From contig JAUCBJ010003640.1 in NCBI GenBank assembly GCA_032718475.1, forward strand, positions 1 through 54,749: a DNA stretch of 54,749 bases, in the 5' to 3' direction. The DNA is from Nemertoderma westbladi. Its lineage: Eukaryota; Animalia; Xenacoelomorpha. Both the position numbers and the translations under genes were made by a program. Shown here piece after piece: positions 49,464-54,749 of this stretch; the stretch's first letter is position 1; each line of letters begins with the position of its first letter. Below the pieces are notes generated by a model. That model was not told the DNA's origin. It saw only the letters and a list, made by a program, of their open reading frames with translations, and did not search any database.

Positions 49464-50059
49464 CTAATAAAATAAAATGAAAGGAATTTACGAATAATAC
49501 AAAGGCAAAAAAACACAAATTCCAGTGATTTACAATAAAATAATATCAATTTTTACACAAAATTGCCTTATTTTTTAACATATTAATAACCGGCGTTTCA
49601 GCAATAAAAATGGACGACTTATTCATTCAATTACAGAATGGAAGCGCCACAAAGGAAAATCCATTTTTTAGGAAACTTATTTTCCCAAAAACTTTCGGGT
49701 GTTCGTTCATGAAGCCGTACCGTGTGTTAATACTGCTGTATACCTGCTCTACGTACACCAGCTAGTAACCCCGATTCGTCGTATTTATGGATTTTATTAT
49801 GTAAATAATATGAGCTGAAGAAATATCAACATAAATCCCAATATAATAACAATTAATGTGACTGAAGGTGTAAGACAGGTAGAGAAACAGAGTCCGGTAC
49901 AGTACCTCTCAGTAGAGTCTAGTACCTCAGTACAGTACATAGAAGTATCTCAGATTTGTGAGAATTGGGTTAGCCATCTAATATGATACCGGTAGTGTAG
50001 CGGACATCAAGCAAAAAAAGCAAATCAATTAAATCAATTACGATTATCAACTAGGTTGT

Positions 50060-50275
50060 GGGCTTTTCATGGTTGGTAATTTCATTTCAGATATCAGTTT
50101 TCATGTTTGATGGCAATGACCCTTTGTCTGTTCAGTTGTCGGTTATATTTTGACGGACAGACAGACAGACAACAATTCAGACACACATGACGCCGTCAAA
50201 TGAGAAAACTGACCGAGGAAATGAAATCACCGACCCGGAAAACACTTGTAACAAATTTTTTAGCTGGATTGTTAA
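50060..50275. repeat. Inverted pair of diverged copies of the 136-bp monomer in NPRL3 intron 2
   Basis: GGTAATTTCATTTCAGATATCAGTTTTCATG (about 50075-50105) matches the reverse complement of the monomer. TTTGACGGACAGACAGACAGACAA..GAAATGAAATCACCGACCCGGAAAAC..TTTTAGCT (50149-50265) matches it in forward orientation. Confidence 0.7.
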
Positions 50276-50409
50276 ATTCATTAGAATGAATTAAAGTAGC
50301 CTAACCATAAACTTTTAATGCATTTTCTGGCGAATGGAATTAATAAATTTCAAATTGCAAAGGATTTTCCAAAAATGTATGAAATCACCTGAAATTTGGC
50401 ATAAATGAT

Positions 50410-51680
50410 CATTCGATGTCTGCTTGCGGTAGCTGCCACGACATAGAACAAAATGATTCTGTATAGAATTAGGACTCACATAGAGAAACTGCTGCATAAG
50501 ACCAAAAACGGATTTCGACCAAATAGATCAACAATAGCTCAGATACTTGCACTACGGAGACTGATTGAAGGAATTAAGTCAAATAATCTACCGCAGTCCT
50601 GACATTTGCGGCCTTGAAGAAAGCATTTAACTCCATCCATAGAGATAAAATGCTTGAAATCCTAAGAGCTTATGGAATAACAGTTAAGTAATTGTGGCTG
50701 GCATTGGATTGTTATATTGTGACACAGAAGCGCAGGTACTCTCACCAGATGGTGAATCTGTGTTATTCTCAATCCTGGCTGGCGTACTGCAAGGTGACAC
50801 ATTAGCACCATTACTATTTGTAATTGTGCTGGATTGCGCAATGAGGACGGCCACAAAGGGTGAAGACCTTGGATTCACACTTCAAGAACGCAGAAGTAGT
50901 AGATATCCGGCAACTACAGTCACAGACACCGACTTTGCGGATGACATCGCCCTGCTCTCTAATACGCTAGCAGATGCACAGCTTCTACTAAATAAAGTGG
51001 AGAGGGCTGCTAAGGAGGTTGGATTGCATATAAATGCTACCAAGACCGAATTCATGACTTTTAATGTTGATGAAAACTTAACAACCATTGATAATAATCA
51101 ACTAAGGAAGGTTGACGACTTCCAGTACCTTGGATCATGGATAGAGAGTAGCAAAAAGGACATAGAAGTTAGGAAAGCAAAGGCTTGGCTAGCTCTATCA
51201 AAAATGGATACCATCTGGAAATCAGATCTCTCCAGGCACCTGAAGACTAAGTTCTTTCGAGCCACAGTGGAAAGTGTATTTTTATACGGGGGTGAGACCT
51301 GGACACTGACTAAATCACATGAACAATGAATTGATGGTTGCTACACAAGACTACTAAGGGCAGCCCTAAACATCAGCTGGAGACAACACATGACAAACGC
51401 CGAGCTTTATGGTACAATACCACCTGTATCAACCACCCTCCGTGAACGCAGATTAAGATTCAGTGGGCACTGCTGGCGAAGTAAAGACGAGGTCATACCA
51501 GATCTACTTCTCTGGCAACCAACTCATGGAAAGCGTAGTCGTGGACGACCGGCCATAACATATATAGATCAACTTGAAAGGAATACTGAACTTGGGAGAA
51601 ACGACATTGCGACAACTTCGGGAAGCCTAGAAGGATCTCATTTCCACTGTCCGAGTTCGCTCGACCTAGTAGTAGTAATA
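50410..51680 (+). mobile_element. 5'-truncated RTE-clade LINE, antisense within NPRL3 intron 2
   Basis: NGFRPNRSTIAQILALRRLIEG, KAFNSIHRDKMLEILRAYGI, GVLQGDTLAPLLF, DFADDIALL, GLHINATKT, FQYLGSWI, RRLRFSGHCWR and RSRGRP. Several frameshifts and stops. Ends in a (TAG)n tail at about 51667-51680. Confidence 0.93.
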
Positions 51681-51965
51681 TTAGATAAGTGGATGCTGCT
51701 TAACACCCTCGATGACCACTTTTTGATTTTGTTTGTGGTTGCTGAAATATATGTCAAAAAGTTTCAAATTTAGGTAAAAAAAATGTAAAATGTGCTAATG
51801 TGTCAAAAATATGGCCAGACCCAAGTGTTCAGAAATGTTGATATTTTGGGTACTTGAAGACCATGACCATCCCTTAAGTTCCTTTGCATTAAAATAAATA
51901 ATTGCATAAATTATATTAATGATGTATAAAATTAAAAATTTATAATGATTTTTTTTTTTAACTTT

Positions 51966-52039
51966 TTATCCACCTGTTATATATTATAACATTTGGATAA
52001 CCTGTTATATATTATAACATGTGGATAACCTGTTATATA
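51966..52039. repeat. 28-bp self-complementary tandem repeat, about 2.5 copies
   Basis: CCTGTTATATATTATAACAT[T/G]TGGATAA starts at 51973, 52001 and 52029. TGTTATA/TATAACA and TTATCCA/TGGATAA are inverted pairs. Confidence 0.75.
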
Positions 52040-52265
52040 GGACCTCCGGTCCATAGGACCTCAGGTTCCCTCTGCCTCCGGGGAGGCCGTCACTCCTTGC
52101 TGGGGTTGGGGTTTGGAGGCGGGGCTGTACTGCGTGGCGAGGGACTGACAAACCAGTTCTAGACTTTGTATTGGAAAACTACAGGTCGAACTCAACTATT
52201 ACTGTATTAACGTACTAACCGTATAAATGTAAAATATTATTATTCTGAATAAGAAATTTGAATTT
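52040..52265 (+). mobile_element. Possible SINE/LINE 3'-end fragment
   Basis: A GC-rich ~110-bp block in an AT-rich intron, followed by an AT-rich stretch ending GAATAAGAAATTTGAATTT. Pattern only. Confidence 0.3.
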
Positions 52266-52420
52266 CCCGCTAACTAATTTGGATAGAACGCAGTCTCCTA
52301 AGTAAGGGGATGAAAATTTATAGTTAATTAGTTACCCCCCCCCCCCCCCTTAACCAAAAAAATAAGTAGACGATTCTACGTCGATGTAGTTTAAGTACCG
52401 GTCGCCCTAAACTGACTCAC

Positions 52421-52525
52421 CTTATGGGGAAGACAAAAGCTAACGAGAATGTGTCGATTAATATAAACGTTGATGTTCCCATTGGTGCAAACGCGTTTAT
52501 AAACGAGACACAATTCCTTCGCCAA
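52421..52525 (-). CDS. NPRL3: NPRL3, exon 2 (105 bp, not in the ORF track)
   Basis: TTTGTTTCAG|TTG...AAG|GTGAGT encodes LAKELCLVYKRVCTNGNINVYINRHILVSFCLPHK, the conserved VSFCLPHK block. Phase 0 at both ends fits the neighbouring exons. Confidence 0.92.
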
Positions 52526-52897
52526 CTGAAACAAATATAAAGTGTCAGCGATCAGTTTGCAATATGTAACTTATGTATAATTTCTCTGTCATTTGGCGCC
52601 AATAAACAAGTTCTCCTCAGGTGAATTGGAATTGTTTATACAAACGTAAATGTAATAAACAACGATTAAGAGGTATAGAGACTACACACTCTATAACAAG
52701 GTCAAGGTATATCACAATGAAAATTATACGAAAGGCAGAAACACTTATTTACTTTCAGCTTCGGTTGTTTGCACTCATTTCAATTGTTAGGGGGGGGGGG
52801 GGGGGGGGGGGCTTAACGCAATCCCATCATCTCGTCAAATTAATATCTATAATATTAATAAGATAAATTACCAATTAATGAAAAAAGACAGGAAGCT

Positions 52898-52979
52898 CGT
52901 TAATCTAACCAAAACAATAAACAAAAGTCAATAGAACAGGTTACAGTTTTATTTTCGGAAGTCATCAAATGTTATTTGC
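52898..52979 (+). repeat. Dispersed ~82-bp repeat, copy 2 (NPRL3 intron 1)
   Basis: CGTTAATCTAACCAAAACAATAAAC..GAACAGGTTACAGTT..ATCAAATGTTATTTGC aligns with 1456-1537. Confidence 0.6.
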
Positions 52980-53617
52980 AGTGGCGTAGCGAGAAAAAAA
53001 AATCCCTTCCAATGTGGGTGATTGAAAGCTCTTGTCCCGAGCACGTTAACCGTCGTTTTTATCTCGTGGTCGTTTTCGGCCACAATCAGCATGTAGGAAA
53101 CTATTTAACAGTAGATGCACCATCAGACCCACGCCGTTCTAACTAAAACTTTGCAGATATGTACCAGACCACTGGCTGCGTGTTTGGGAGGACGCTGACA
53201 ACTCTGCAGTTCTCCAGTCTGCCGAAAGGGGGCGACATTTATATTAAATTTATAATAATTTGAATTTCGAGCTGATAGTAAAATTTTTTTTTTAAGTAAT
53301 ACATTTTCCTCACCTGTAGGAGGATATCTAACATTTAACATTACATATTACGATTATTACTTCCCACCATCTCACTGTCCTATCAGCTGATAGTAAAATA
53401 GATTAAATATAATTAAATATGAAATAGGCAATAGGCCTACCCTACATATTACAAATGCAACTCATCACGCGCTTATCAAAGGGTCACGAAGTAGGTCAAA
53501 GAGGTAAATAAAGAATCGAACAGAAAGGATTGAACAAAAATGTTTCGGCTTTGGGTACCAGGTCTACCAGCCATTTGTCGAACGCCCGAACAGGGCCGGG
53601 TGGGTTCAACGACTCAC

Positions 53618-54322
53618 CTGGGATACCTCGCGGACTTGTAAGTACCGGTTTCCATCTTCCGTCCCAGATTGGTCCACTGACACTAACTGACTGTCCAGCG
53701 ACTCCCACGCTTCCGTTATCAATGCCGCCTGTTTGGTGAGGTATCCACAACGCCACTCCTCGTGACGGATAGCCCCGGCGATGTGTCGGGAGAGGAGGTG
53801 GAGACTATCGATAACGGATTCCGGGACGTCGGCCAGGACAACGAAGACGACGTGGAAGGTTGTGGCGGTGGGCGATACAGAGTCGTCGGGGGTGGGAATC
53901 TGTCGACCACGGCGATCGCTTTTATTCAACATTGTCGGATGTCCAACGAATTTATGTCCATCGATTTGAAAGCAGAATTTAGCGTTACATATTTTCGTAT
54001 CGGCAGCTAGTACGTTGGACAGGGTTTCGTTGGAGAGACAGTGATCGTGTCGTTTACGATTATAAGTATCGTCCTCTCCGGATCGAACCCATTTGGATTT
54101 TTCGTCGGATTTGGATACAAGGAATCGACTTGAGGAGTTTGTAGCGGCGCTCCCGGACTTTGCGGGGGAGGTGGAGCCGTTTTGGTTGCAGCAACCCACC
54201 ACGTTTTTGTAAGGGTAACGGAAGAGCATGCGGTCGCCTTGGCTACCCTTAGTGACGAGGTGAATGCTGAGTGGGTCGTTATGTTCCTTGTGCATCACCA
54301 TCTGAACACCCATAGAACCCAT
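53618..54322 (-). CDS. NPRL3: NPRL3, exon 1 (longin domain)
   Basis: PLSIHLVTKGSQGDRMLFRYPY, KFCFQIDGHKFVGHP, FHVVFVV and AIRHEEWRCGYLT. Donor CAG|GTGAGT at 53618/53617, phase 0. The first in-frame ATG is 54322, with alternatives at 54313, 54301 and 54295. Confidence 0.92.
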
Positions 54323-54749
54323 GGTTGCATGGGTTCTAGTTCTACCTGCGGCAGTACGGTCACGACGGTGTAGTTTACGCCAAAGATAACAACAGGACAA
54401 GGCTGCAACTGTGCAAGGAGTCCACTGCACACTGACCTCAGGCTGTCAGTTCAGTAGTAACAAATTGTAATGCCCGACTGTACTGCTGTAGTTTCCTTTC
54501 CTTTGTTCAAACAAAATACTGATATAGGCTAGTAGGCAGATCTGCAGATTTAGTCCAGTCAATCTAGCCAAAAAAGGGGGTGAACCCATTTCAACCCATT
54601 CGCAATCAACCAAATTTATAGGTTCTATATTATCTTGTTTAGCCCAAAAAAAGTCTATAAAAAATATATGTTGCGGAACACATTATTAAATTTCATGCAA
54701 ACATATGACCTATTTTTGCAATACCCAATAATTGCTCTTTCTGATAATG

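Noticed and set aside
51966-52030. DnaA-box-like TTATCCAC / TGTGGATAA
   Set aside because: It lies in a eukaryotic intron and is explained by the 28-bp palindromic repeat.
52979-53175. hAT-like MITE starting CAGTGGCGTAGC (and CAGGCCCGTA at 47890)
   Set aside because: No convincing matching right terminus or 8-bp target-site duplication was found.
54323-54430. N-terminal extension of NPRL3 from the GTG at 54430
   Set aside because: The start is non-ATG and homology begins only near DPLSIHLV. This stretch is treated as 5' UTR.

Overview
Eukaryotic, most likely invertebrate-metazoan, nuclear DNA. It holds three conserved and unusually intron-poor genes: TMEM65 (+, 2 exons, 234 aa), an intronless KIF6 kinesin (-, 840 aa) and NPRL3 of the GATOR1 complex (-, 3 exons, about 587 aa). 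More than half of the window (8281-39019) is a single ~30.7-kb array of a 29-bp satellite with nested higher-order duplications. It produces all of the long SHHWDRYS ORFs, which I treat as spurious. The remainder is a transposon graveyard: two decayed RTE-clade LINEs, a CR1/L2-group LINE 3' end, a fold-back TA-flanked MITE, and other inverted-repeat elements with 136-bp and 51-bp tandem arrays. There is also a disabled intronless ORF (C2H2 finger + acidic tract + 28-aa repeats) that may be of viral or Polinton-like origin. I found no convincing new multi-gene system. The best leads are the satellite architecture, the reconstructed zinc-finger pseudogene, the element-derived 136-bp array, X-box-like motifs upstream of KIF6, and strong enrichment of the palindromes TACCGGTA and TAGGCCTA. 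All calls come from reading the sequence by eye; no searches were run.
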